A stretch of 64,000 nucleotides of DNA from Mobula hypostoma (taxonomy: Eukaryota): positions 176,826,001 through 176,890,000 of the forward strand of contig NC_086097.1 in the NCBI RefSeq assembly GCF_963921235.1, given 5' to 3'. Each line of letters begins with the position of its first letter. The first letter of the stretch is position 1. Below the pieces are notes generated by a model. The model was not told the DNA's origin. It searched no databases and saw nothing but the letters and a program-made list of their open reading frames with translations. Shown here in pieces: positions 48,253-58,894 of this stretch. The translations under genes and the position numbers were made by a program.

Positions 48253-50256
48253 CACCTCTTCCTACAGATGCTGCTTGGCCTGCTGCGTTCACCAGCAACT
48301 TTGATGTATGTTGCTTGAGTTTCCAGCATCTGCAGAATTCCTGTTGTTCATCACTGTGATGTGGGTGCTACTTGGCGATAGTCATTAAGGTAGATAGGTA
48401 GATCGCACTACTCTTCCTTGGCACTGGTATAATTGTTGCCTTTTTGAAGCAGGTGGGAACTTCCGACCGTAGCAGTGAGAAGTTGAAAATTCCCACCAGA
48501 TGGTTGGCACAAGTTTTCAGAGCCTTACCAAATACTCCACTGGGGCCTGCCACCTTGTGAGGGTTCACCCTCCAAGACAGAGATCACAGGGTCTCTGGGT
48601 GCAGCAGGAATCTTCACAGCTGCAGTTATATTCTCCCTTTCAAAGCAGGCATAGAAGGCATTGAGCTCATCTGATAGAGAAATGTCGCTGTCATTCACAT
48701 TATTGGGTTTTGCTTTGTAGGAAGTAATGACCTGCTAATCGTAACAGAGTTAACGTGCATTCAATGTTGACCCAGCCTCCCTTGAAATAGCCCTCCAGAA
48801 GTCACACCAGGTTTTCTGGTACAGACCTGAGTCACCATACCTAAATGCCACAGATTTAGCCCTTGGCAGATAATGTACCTCTGGTTCATGGACAGCTTTT
48901 GGTTTGGGAATGAACAGCAAGTTTTCGTAGCCACTCATTCATTCACATAGGTTTTAATGAAGTTGGAAGTGACTGTGACATACTCATTCAGATTTGAAGA
49001 TGAATCCCTGAATACAGTTCAGTCCACCAATTCAAACCTTGTCTATACCTTCAGTCTGGGGCTGTAACCTTCAGTCTCTGCCTATATCCTGGAAGTAGCA
49101 GTACTTTCAGACTTTCTGAAGTCCTGGCGTGGAATTGCACTCTTGATGGTGGTGTAACAGTGATGCAGTGCATTGCTTCCTCTGCTACTACACGTGATTT
49201 TTTGATGGTAATTATTTAGCAATTTTTTTTCACACTGTCCTGGTTAAAATCCCCCAAAATGATAGTGAAGGCATCAGGGGTTGCTATTTCGTGCATGTTG
49301 GTCCCATTGTTCAGAGTCTAAAGTCTGTTATCTAAAGAGGAGTGTTGTGTATTTAATATATCAGTAATATTTGAGTAATATTGAAAATACATTGTTTGAT
49401 TAAGCATTCTTTGTTGGTTATACAATTCATTATGGTTAAATGTGAATTGCATACGCCATGACACTACCATGTGATCTGTGCACACCTTGGTTAAAAATAA
49501 AAATTAAGTTAGACTCTCATTCCCGGCTCTGCCTCTTTCCTGGAGTTACAAAACACAACACTCCAGTCACTGGCACACAAAGCAAGTCCTCTGTGTCCTT
49601 GCAGCATCTATATCCTCTACAGGCATGGCTATGAACCCTCCTTCTTCTCTTTTGGTCTATTTCTCTGGCCCATAAAAATATTATGGAGGAGGTGGATCCT
49701 ACATTTATCCCCAAGTCTAAAACTTCATGATAGGCTGAGCTCAGCTTTTCCTTGAGCATGTTCAGAAAGGCTAGATTATCTCACTCCAGATTATCCAGCC
49801 TTGAGTATTCTTCATAGGCTCAGTATTTTTACTCTACATAGTCCATGAGCAACTGACATTATCATTCCCCAGTCAATGCCTCACTTTCACTTTAAAGTTC
49901 CAATACCGCTCCTCAATACTGGCATTCCCATTAGCTGACCATGTTCTATTCTGCACCCCTGGGCTCATACTGTCCCGCCTATTTCATGGGTATTTAGCTT
50001 TAACTAACATCTGTATGTCTTTGGGGTGCATCTGTTGGAGTATGATCATTTCTTCTAACTTATGCCAAAATTCTGCATTGCCACACACAACTCTTAAGTA
50101 AGAGCAGTTCTGGTAGAATGCTCTGCTTTTCCCCTGGGATGAAGTGCCTGTGGATGGTAGTGAGTGTGAGTGGTTTTTGGGATTATCAGGGTTCTGTGCC
50201 TGTCATTACCTGGTATCTATAGGTGTCATTCTGACTGGCAGTACTGGGTATAAACT

Positions 50257-50682
50257 CAAGCAACACACAGAAAAGTTGCTGGTGAATGCAGCAGACCAGG
50301 CAGCATCTCTAGGAAGAGGTACAGTTGACGTTTCGGGCCGAGACCCTTCGTCAGGACTAACTGAAAGAAGAGCTAGTAAGAGATTTGAGAGTGGGAGAGG
50401 GGGAGGGAGATATGAAATGATAGGAGAAGACGGGGGGGGGATGAAGCTAAGAGCTGGAAAGTTGATTGGCAACAGGGATATAAGAGGATCATGTGACGGA
50501 CGGGAGGCCTAGGGAGAGAGTGGGGGGGTGGAAAACCCAGAGGATGGGCAAGGGGTATAGTCAGAGGGTCAGAGGGAGAAAAAGGAGAGAGAGAAAAAAG
50601 AATGTGTGTATATAAATAAATAACGAATGGGGTACGAGGGAGAGGTGGGGTATTAGCAGAAGTTTGAGAAGTCAATGTTGAC
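50257..50682 (-). mobile_element. Penelope-like element 3' end: last ORF codons, 3'UTR and hammerhead (50322-50359)
   Basis: Minus strand NIDFSNFC*, pyrimidine-rich UTR, tagtc-CTGACGA-a-gggtctcggccc-GAAACGTC-aactg. Confidence 0.85.
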
Positions 50683-51388
50683 AATGTATAAAATTATAAA
50701 AAGGATAGAAGAGCGTACTGCCAAGACCTTTACCCCAACTTGGTAATGTCCAATATTAGAGGACAATCATTTGAGATGAGTGGAAAAACATCCAGGGGAA
50801 ATGTCAGAAATATGTTTTGCTCAGAGAGTGGTAACTGCCTGGAACACAGCGCTGGGAGTGATGGTAGGGGCTGATACTATAGGGGACATTTAAGAGACTC
50901 TAATATAGGCACATGGATGTAAGAGAAATTGGAGGGTTATGCGCTGTGTAGGAGGAAAGGGTTTGGTTGATTGTGATGAGCATGACATCATGGGCCAAAG
51001 TGCTTGTACTTTATTGTACTAATTCATGTCCTAAGCTTTTAAAATTATGAAGGGGGTAGATAAGATTATAACAGGAAATCTACTCCTGTTGATAGGTGAG
51101 ACTAGATCTAGGAACATACCCTCAAAATTTTTGGGAGTAGAATTAGGATGGAGATGAGGAGGACCCACTTTTCCCAGAGAGCAGTTCTCTTCCTGGTGAA
51201 ACAGTAGAGGTTATCCTAGTATATATATTTATGTCACAGTTAGAAAGATTTTTCCATAGCAGGGGAATTAAGGTTTATGGGGAAAAAGCAGGTTAGTGGA
51301 GTTGGCTAGATCAGCCACGATCTTATTGAATGGTGGAACAGGCTCGATGGGCCAGATGGCTGACTTCTGCTCCCGTTTCTTATGTTCT
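50683..51388 (+). mobile_element. Two CR1 3' fragments
   Basis: YKIIK..QRVVTAWN and KIMKGVD..ETRSR; CR1 3'UTRs ending ttcttatgttct. Confidence 0.7.
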
Positions 51389-52224
51389 TTTGTTTAAAAG
51401 TCCCATCATTGTTGTCAATTCCCTCCACAACTTTGACCATCCTTACCTCTGGAATCTTCTTCCAATCCTCTAACTTGGATGTAATTCCTAAGAAAGAAGA
51501 AAAAGATCTTGCAAAGCAAGCGAAAACAAATGCAATAACACAAGACAGAAAAAATGACACTGCATTGGTGTTCTTCAAAGAAACATGGCATATTAAGAAC
51601 TACATGTTGTAACAGAATAAGGGACGAGATAAAAAAAAGTGAGAATACAAAGAAAGAGGTTGCAAACAATGTTGAGGTTAGGAAAAGGTTTTTTCAATTA
51701 CACACAGCGGGTGGTGGAGAGGTAGGTGGAGAGAAAGAATGACATTTAATAGAAACAGTAAGACTTTCTATGAAAAGGCATCAGGCAAGGTTGTAGGATC
51801 ATATAACATCAGATAGTAGCTGCCAAATTCATTCCAGGGAAAATTCAAACAAGCTGTCTTCTGACATTAGCCTTTGAAGTAGGTTCTGTCTTAGATCTGG
51901 AGCTATGCAAATTCAAGTCAGCTCTTATAAAATGGGTAATCTCTACCTGGCTTATGTGTCTGCTGGCCAGATGTAATTAAGCTGTCTTCTCAGCACAAAA
52001 CCTCACTCAAGACTTGCCATTCCTGAGATGGGGAGGAGTTTTGTCTTGGAAATCAAAGAAATTGCATCTTTCCATACTGCAGATTGCAAATTTGGGCTTA
52101 TGTTCCTATCGGTGTTAAGCAGGCAGAAGAGAAAACCTCAGAGGTAATAATCTTCTCTTAATGTTCACTGCCGCAAGTTCACATTAGAGAGAGAATAGGG
52201 CCCCTCAAAGTCCAAAGGAGGTAT

Positions 52225-53710
52225 TGTTAAAAGTATGCCTTCTCGTATTAGCCACCATTATCCTGGAAAAAAGGTACCAGCTGTCCACTCTACCTATGCC
52301 CCTGATAATCTTATACACCCCTATCAAGTCGCCTCTCATCTTCCTTCACTCCTAGCTCACTCAACCTTTTCTTATAAAATACGTTCTCTAATTCAGGCAG
52401 CATCCTGATAACAAAAACATGAGGAAATCTGCAGATGCTGGAATTTCAAACGACACACGTAAAAGTTGCTGGTGAACGCAGCAGGCCAGGCAGCATCTCT
52501 AGGAAGAGGTACATCTTACTAGCTCTTATTATCTCTTCTTTCAGTTAGTCCTGACGAAGGGTCTTGGTCTGAAATGTCGATTGTACCTCTTCCTAGAGAT
52601 GCTGCCTACCCCGCTGCGTTCACCAGCAACTTTTATGTGTGTGGCATCCTGATAAATCTCCTCTGTACCCTCTCTAAAAATTTCACATGCTTCCTGTAAT
52701 GAGGCTACCAGAAATGAACACAACACTCTAATTGTGGTCCAACCAGAGTTTTATAGAGCCGCGACATTACCTCGTGGCTCTTGAACTCAATCCACTGACT
52801 AACAAAGGACAACACACCATACGCCTCCTTAACAACCCTATGAACTTGTGCAATAATTTTGAGGGATCTATGGTCTTGGACCCCAAAATCCCTCTCTTTC
52901 TCCACATTACTAAGAATACTTCCATTATTAGTACCCTATCATCAAATTTGATCTTCCAACGTGTTATCACTTCACACTTTTCTGGATTGAATTCCATCTG
53001 CCATTTCTCAGTTCTGCTCTGCATCCTATCATTGTCTTGTTGTAACTTACAACAACTTTGTACATCATCAACAACACCATCAATTTTCTTGTCATAACCA
53101 AGTTACAAACTGATCCTTACACTTCCTCATCCGAGTCTTCTATAAAAATCATAAAGAACAGCGCTCTCAGAACAGATCCCTGCAAAACACCACTGGTCAC
53201 AATGTCAAGGCAGAATATGCTCTGTCTACTACCACCCTCTGCCTTTTGTGGAAAAGCCAATTCCAAATCCACACAGCCAGGTTTCCTGGATCCTATGCCT
53301 CCTGATTTTCTGACTGAGCCTACCATGGAAAACCTTATCAAATGCATTACTAGGTTCCATAATTCATCCACCACACTACCTTCATCAATTTGTTTTGTCA
53401 CTTCCTCAAAGGCCAATCAGGCTCAAGTGGTTTGACCTGCCCCTCACAATACTGTAATGACTATCCCTAATCCAGCTATGCTTCCCCAAATGCTTGTAAA
53501 GTTTGTTTCTAGGAGTCCTCTCCAATAGTTTTCCCACCAATGATGTAAGGTTCACTGGTGCATAGTTCTCAGGATTATCCCAACTGCATTTCTTGAATAA
53601 AGGAATGACATTTTCCATCCTCTGGTCTTCTGCTACTACTACTGGGGCAAGTAAGGACACAAAGATCACCGCCAACGGTGCAGCAAGCTCTTCCCTTGCT
53701 TCCTGGAGTA
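52225..53710 (-). mobile_element. CR1 RT fragment hosting a Penelope insert
   Basis: NVIPLFKK..NPENYAPVNLTSLVGKLLE; VTSGVLQGSVL; WQMEFNPEKCEV; LYKTLVGPQLE. Confidence 0.85.
52412..52643. mobile_element. Penelope-terminus insert with inverted arms and hammerhead (52546-52583, +), 12-bp TSD
   Basis: TSD gcatcctgataa at 52400-52411 and 52644-52655; tagtc-CTGACGA-a-gggtcttggtct-GAAA-tgtc-gattg. Confidence 0.88.
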
Positions 53711-54109
53711 ACCTGGGGTAAATTGATTGGAGAAGCTGCAGGCTTTGGAGCTTCTGTCAGAGTAGGCTGGATGAGTAACTGCAGGAAGGTAACTTGGTTT
53801 GCATGGACTAGTTCCACTGAAGGGACTTTGTCAGTGCTAGTAAGTGGTATTTGGTTTATTACTGTTAACTGCACTGAGATAAAGTGGGAAGATTTTGTTT
53901 GTATAACTTACGATTCTACGAGGTGTTGCTGTGGTCTAGCTAGGGCATTTTGTATACACTGTGGCCACTGTGCACGGGTGGTGGCAGGAAGGAATATTCA
54001 GAGTGGTGGATTGGGGTTGCTACTGAAGTGGGCTTGCTTCTGTCTGGAAAGTGTTAATGATTTTAACTATCATAGGAGATACACTCATCCAAGCTAGTGG
54101 GCAGTGTTT

Positions 54110-56790
54110 GTATACCTCTATCAAATCTCCTCTCAGTCTTCTACATGAAACCCCCTTTTACTGGCATCTCTGAAAATGCGGCTTGTTAGCCCCTCGCTAA
54201 TAGCCACTGGATTCCGTGGTGAGAAACCCACCTTTCTCTGGCTTCATAGTCTAGGGTGTATATGACTTTGATCCTGCCAAATCTGTGAGGTTGGGCTGTC
54301 TCGCCCACCCTGGTTTGTGTGAGTGTTGTGTGATTTACTGCCCCCAGCAAGCACCTGTTGGCAAGAAATAACAAATTGTACACTGCATACAATTATAAAG
54401 AAGTATATTTAACAATGTTAACTTAAGCAAACAGTTATTAAAGGATAGAAGGACAAAAAAACAAAAAGGGCCCATTATACTTAAGCAGTCTCGTGTGCAT
54501 GATGAAGCTCAAATCTTGAACTTGACTGTAACTCACACGCTGGACCCTTGATCTGCGTGAAATCACATACCACCATCTGAAGGGCGCTCAAAACCCATCT
54601 TGAACAAACAGGCTCTCCCATGGGAGTATTGGACTTTCCTCCTCGAAGCCATTCATCTGCACAAAGTACCTTGTGCATTATTGATGGCACCCTCCACCAT
54701 CTTCCCTCCTGTCTGCTCCCAACTCCTGCCAACAAAGACCTCTCCACCTAGTGTTCTCTAGAACATTCTCCAAATTCTACCATCCTGATTAGCTGGCACC
54801 ACATTCCTAAGTTATCTCAGCTCAAATCCAAACAAACTGAGAGCAGAACGGACTGCTCTTACAGAACCACTAAAATGAAATACCTACAGCATAGCAGCAA
54901 AAATCTTAACCAGGGTGTTACATACATTCCTGGGAATAAATGCCTAACCTTTTCAATCTTTCCTTACAACTCAGGTCCTCCAGACCAGGCAAAATCTTGT
55001 AAATTTTCTCTGTACTCTTTCAACCTTATTTACAGGCTTCTTGTAGGTGGGTGACCAAAACTGCACGCAATACTCCAAATTAGACCTCACCAATGTCTTA
55101 TCCAACTTCAACATAACATTCCATTTCCTGTACTCAATACTTTGATTTATGAAAGTCAATGTGCCAAAGCTTTTTTATTGACCCTAACTACCCTCCCTAT
55201 TTTTCTTAAGTGACATCACCTTCAACGATTTATGGACTTGTATTCCCAGGTCCCTTTGTTCTACTGCACTTATCAGTGCCCTGCTGTTCACTGTGTAAGA
55301 CCTGCCCTGGTTGATCCTACTGAAGTGCAACACTTCGCATTTGTCTGCATTAAATTCCATCTGCCAAATTTCAGCCCATTTTTCCATCTGGTCTTGATCC
55401 TGCTGCAGGCCATGATAGCCCTCCTTGCTGTTCATTAGACCCTCAATCTTGATGTCATCCCCAAATCTGCTGATTCAGTTATCATCCTCATCATTGATAT
55501 TAATGATAAACAACAACAGACCCAGCACCAAGCTCTGCAGCACTCCACTAGTCACAGGCCTTCAGTCAGAGAGGCAACCATCTGCTACCACTCTCTGGCT
55601 TCTCCCACAATGCCGTTGTCCAATCCAATTTACTACCTCACCTTGAATGCCAAGTGATTTTTTTGACCAACCTCCCATGTGGGACCTTGTCAAATGCCTT
55701 GCTAAAGTCCATATAGACAACACCCACTCCCTTGGCTTCATCAATTTTCCTGGTAAATTATTCAAGAAACTCTATAGGATTGGTTAAACATGACCTACGA
55801 TGCATGAAGCCATGCTGACTATCCTTAATCAGACCATGTCCTTCCAAATACTTATATATCTGGTCGCTTAGATCACTATCTGATACCTTTCCCAGAACTC
55901 ATATCAGACTCACTGGTCTATAATCTCCTGGCCTTTTTTTAAACAGTGGAACAATACACAAATTTCTGTCACCTGTCCTGTCTCATTCCCTAATAGCAGA
56001 TCAAGTATCACACAGTCTCTCGTTGGGACTTCTACGTACTGATTAAGGAAACTTTCCTGAAGACATTTGACAAACTCTATCTTATCTAGTCCTTTTATAG
56101 TATGGGAGTCCCAGTTAACATGTGGAAAGTTAAAATCATTTATTATAACAGCATTACGTTTCTTGCTACAGTCTGCAATCTCTCTGAAAATTTGTTCCTC
56201 TAAATCCCTCAGACTGTTGGGTGGTCTGTATTTTAGCCCCAGTAATGTGGTTTATACCTTCCTCATGCCTCAGTTCGACAGTAAAAACTCAACAGAGGGG
56301 TTCTCCAGTCTGCCCTGCCTGACTGAGCACTGTCGTGCCATTTTTCCCTGACTAGGAATGCCACCCCTCCTCCTTTAATCTCTCCCGCTCTGTCACGTCT
56401 AGAACAACAGCACCCCAGAATATTGAGCTGGCAGTACTAACTCTCACTAATGGCTGCAATTATATTTCCATGTGTTGATCCATGCCCTGAGCTCATCTAC
56501 CTTTCCTACCATATTTCTTGCATTGAAATATACGCAGCTCAGGACATTGTCACACCATGCTTAACATTTTGGTTCCTTACTTTGTCTGAGGTCTTAACAG
56601 CATCTGTCTCTGCAACCTCTCCACTATAGGTTCTGGCACTCTGGCTCCCATCCCCCTGCAACTCTAGCTTAAACTCCCCCATGCAGCACTACCAAACCCT
56701 CCGGCAAGGATATTAGTCCCTTTCCAGTTCAGGTGCAAACCATCTCTTCTGTACAGGTCCCACCTTTCCTGGGAGAAAGTTCAATGATCG
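54110..56790 (-). mobile_element. CR1 LINE (ORF1 end, APE, RT, C-terminus), decayed, interrupted by a solo LTR
   Basis: LVRSNLEYCVQFWSP..VERVQRKFT; WQMEFNADKCEVLHF; MDFSKAFDKVPH; RSQRVVADG. Confidence 0.85.
54146..54922. mobile_element. Solo LTR, 777 bp, 4-bp TSD
   Basis: tgaaacc..gggtgttaca termini; taca at 54142-54145 and 54923-54926; the CR1 sequence rejoins across it. Confidence 0.85.
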
Positions 56791-57344
56791 CCTCGGTTGG
56801 GTCGAATGGCCATTTTCCATGTTATATGACTCTATGACTCCATGACCCTATTCCAACACATTCTTGACTTGCAGGCTATGTAACATATGTCACCGTGCTG
56901 TACGATTTTATTTGCGTAAATGTCCGGTTGATAACATAAAAGATTTCAAGTCAAGTTTATTGACATGCATACAAGAATAGTGAGCTACAGGGCAATGAAA
57001 AATTTACTTGCGGCACCTTCACAGACAACACAGATTATAAATTATACATCAATTATAGATAAATTATGTAAGACAGTGAAAAGGGAAAGAAAAAATGACA
57101 ATTCAAAAACAAGGCCTCATGCAACAACCAGTGGTACAATCAGAGACAAGTTCACAGTAATGCAGGAGGTGGTCTGTAATGATCTGCTGCTGAGATAAAA
57201 CATTCACTATTAAATACGAAAGGGAATTCAGAATATACCATCGCAAAGGAAGTGCTTCAAACATAGAATCACCTCAATCACAGAGTGACTATACTAACCT
57301 GCACAGGAAACTAAAAGCCACTCAAATCTCAAAATCTACCTTGT

Positions 57345-57780
57345 CATTTATTATGAGTGTTTGATGGCTCTGGGACTGTGCACGATGGAGTTTAGAAGAA
57401 TCTCATTTAAATCTACTGAAAATTGAAAGGCCTAGATAGAGTAGACATTGAGAGGAGATTTCCAATAGTTGGAGAGTCTAGGACCGGCAGGAGCAGCCTC
57501 AGAATATAAGGACTTCCCTTTGGAATTGAGATAGGGAGAAATTTCTTTTAGCTAGAGGATGGTGAATCTGTGGAATTCATCGCCACGGATTGCTGTGGAG
57601 GCCATGTCATTGGGTATATTAAACTTGGAGGTTGATAGGTTCTTGATTATTAAAGGCATCAAGGGTTATGGTGAGAAGGCAGGAGAATGAGATTGAGAAA
57701 ATAAATCAGCCATGATCGAGTGCTGGAACAGACTAACTGGCCAAATAGCCTAATTCTGTTTCTATGACTTAAGGTTCTTG
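57345..57780 (+). mobile_element. CR1 3' end
   Basis: YYECLMALGL..KGLDRVDIER..RMVNLWNS and 3'UTR. Confidence 0.8.
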
Positions 57781-58035
57781 TCATGACTGATCCATGCTGG
57801 CCTCAGCTCCTCCTCTGCCCCAGTTCCCCAGGACAAATATTCCCTTTATTTTTTAATATTAATCAGTCTTCACCTTACAGATATCTAATGGTCTTGCCTT
57901 CACTACAATTGGCAGTAGCAAATTCTAGGGATTCACCTTGCTCTAAAAAAAGAATTTCAGCACTCCTCACAAGCTCTTTATTTTGTAGTTGCGTGGCCTT
58001 CTTCATGGTTCCCTCACTAGTGGAAACATTTACCC

Positions 58036-58525
58036 TCACAAAATGCTGGAGGAACTCAACAGGTCAGATAGATCTATGGAGGAGAATAAACAGACAATGT
58101 TTCGGGCTGAGAACATTCATCTGGACTGGAAAGGAAGGGACAGTAGACAGAATAAGAAGGATTACAAGCTGCAGGTGATAGGTGAAACCACATGATGGGG
58201 AGGGAGAGGGGGTGCAGTCAGAAGCTGGGAGATGATAGGTGGAAGATGTAAACGGCTGAAGAATGAATGTGTTAGGAGAGGATAGTGAAGCATGGAAGAA
58301 AGGGAAGCTAGGGAACCAGAGGGCTGAGGGAGAGGATGGGCATGTCATGAGGGTGAGAGAGGAGAAGGGAAAGAATGAAAGGGCTCTCAGAGTGGGGGAA
58401 ACCAAAAAGGGAAAGGGTGGTGAAAACAGAAGGAAATGGTTACCGGAAGTTGATGATCAAGCTATGAAGTTGGAGACTGCCCTGACAGAATATGAGGTAT
58501 CACTCCTTAAACTTGAGTTTGACTC
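58036..58525 (-). mobile_element. Old Penelope 3' end (GIY-YIG C-terminus, UTR, decayed hammerhead)
   Basis: Minus strand KE*YLIFCQGSLQ..NFR*; terminus cacaaaatgctggaggaactc on the plus strand. Confidence 0.7.
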
Positions 58526-58894
58526 ACCCTTAGTCCCACTTGTACCCACATCACTCTAAACTTTCTATCCAGGTACCTGTCTTCTAAAGTTTTAACGTTT
58601 GCAAGTGTATCTGCCTCAACCCTTTTTCTGGCAGCTCATTGTGTCTTTGTGAAAATATAACTGCTTTGATTCCTTTTAAATCTTTCCCCTCTCATCTTAA
58701 ACCTATATCCTCGAGTTTTAGTCACCCCTGCCCTGGAAAGCTGACTATTCACCTTATCGATATCCCTCATGATTTATAAGCTTCTACATGTCTTCCCTCT
58801 GCCTCCCATGCTCCAAGGAAAAGTGCCCCAGCCCATCAAGCCTCTCCATAGAACTCAAACCTTCCAGTCCTCCTAAAATCCTTGTGAATGTTTT

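Larger units (their letters stand above)
48111..48346. mobile_element. Penelope-terminus palindromic insert, 11-bp TSD
   Basis: Perfect 94-bp inverted arms 48113-48206 and 48212-48305; TSD ttcatcactgt at 48100-48110 and 48347-48357. Confidence 0.92.
47067..49318 (-). mobile_element. Rex1/Babar LINE (APE and RT remnants) inserted at the Gypsy polypurine tract
   Basis: NPHKVAGPSGV..VPTCFKKATIIPVP; APQGCMLSPLLYSFYTHDC..RFADDT; (ctgatt)n tail. Confidence 0.9.
42466..49560 (+). mobile_element. Ty3/Gypsy (Mag-like) LTR retrotransposon, two LTRs, pol core missing
   Basis: LTRs 42466-42667 and 49343-49560 (tgtt..aaca, sharing atatcagtaatatttg..ttgtttgattaagcattctttgtt); PBS gtggcaacaagg; gag from 42916 MAGYIRKIDVF..WILYTERIEQYFKAN..FHKRNQQEGKSISAYVAELKK; protease MELDTG at ~45510; pol tail ERSYPTRVR at ~46770; purine tract aaagaggag before the 3' LTR. 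Confidence 0.9.
41900..50255 (-). mobile_element. Decayed ERV/LTR-element gag-protease relic (49561-50255 and ~41900-42465) split by the Gypsy insertion
   Basis: Minus strand LYPVLP, FWHKLEEMIILQQMHPKDIQMLVK, CFVCQ*L|..PAKEC knuckle across the insertion, second CYVCNLSTH knuckle, protease-like AVIDSG at ~41932-41949. Confidence 0.5.

Noticed and set aside
48104..48359. The same peptide (VNAAGQAASVGRGAVDVSGRDPSSGLT) on both strands
   Set aside because: A consequence of the DNA palindrome, not coding
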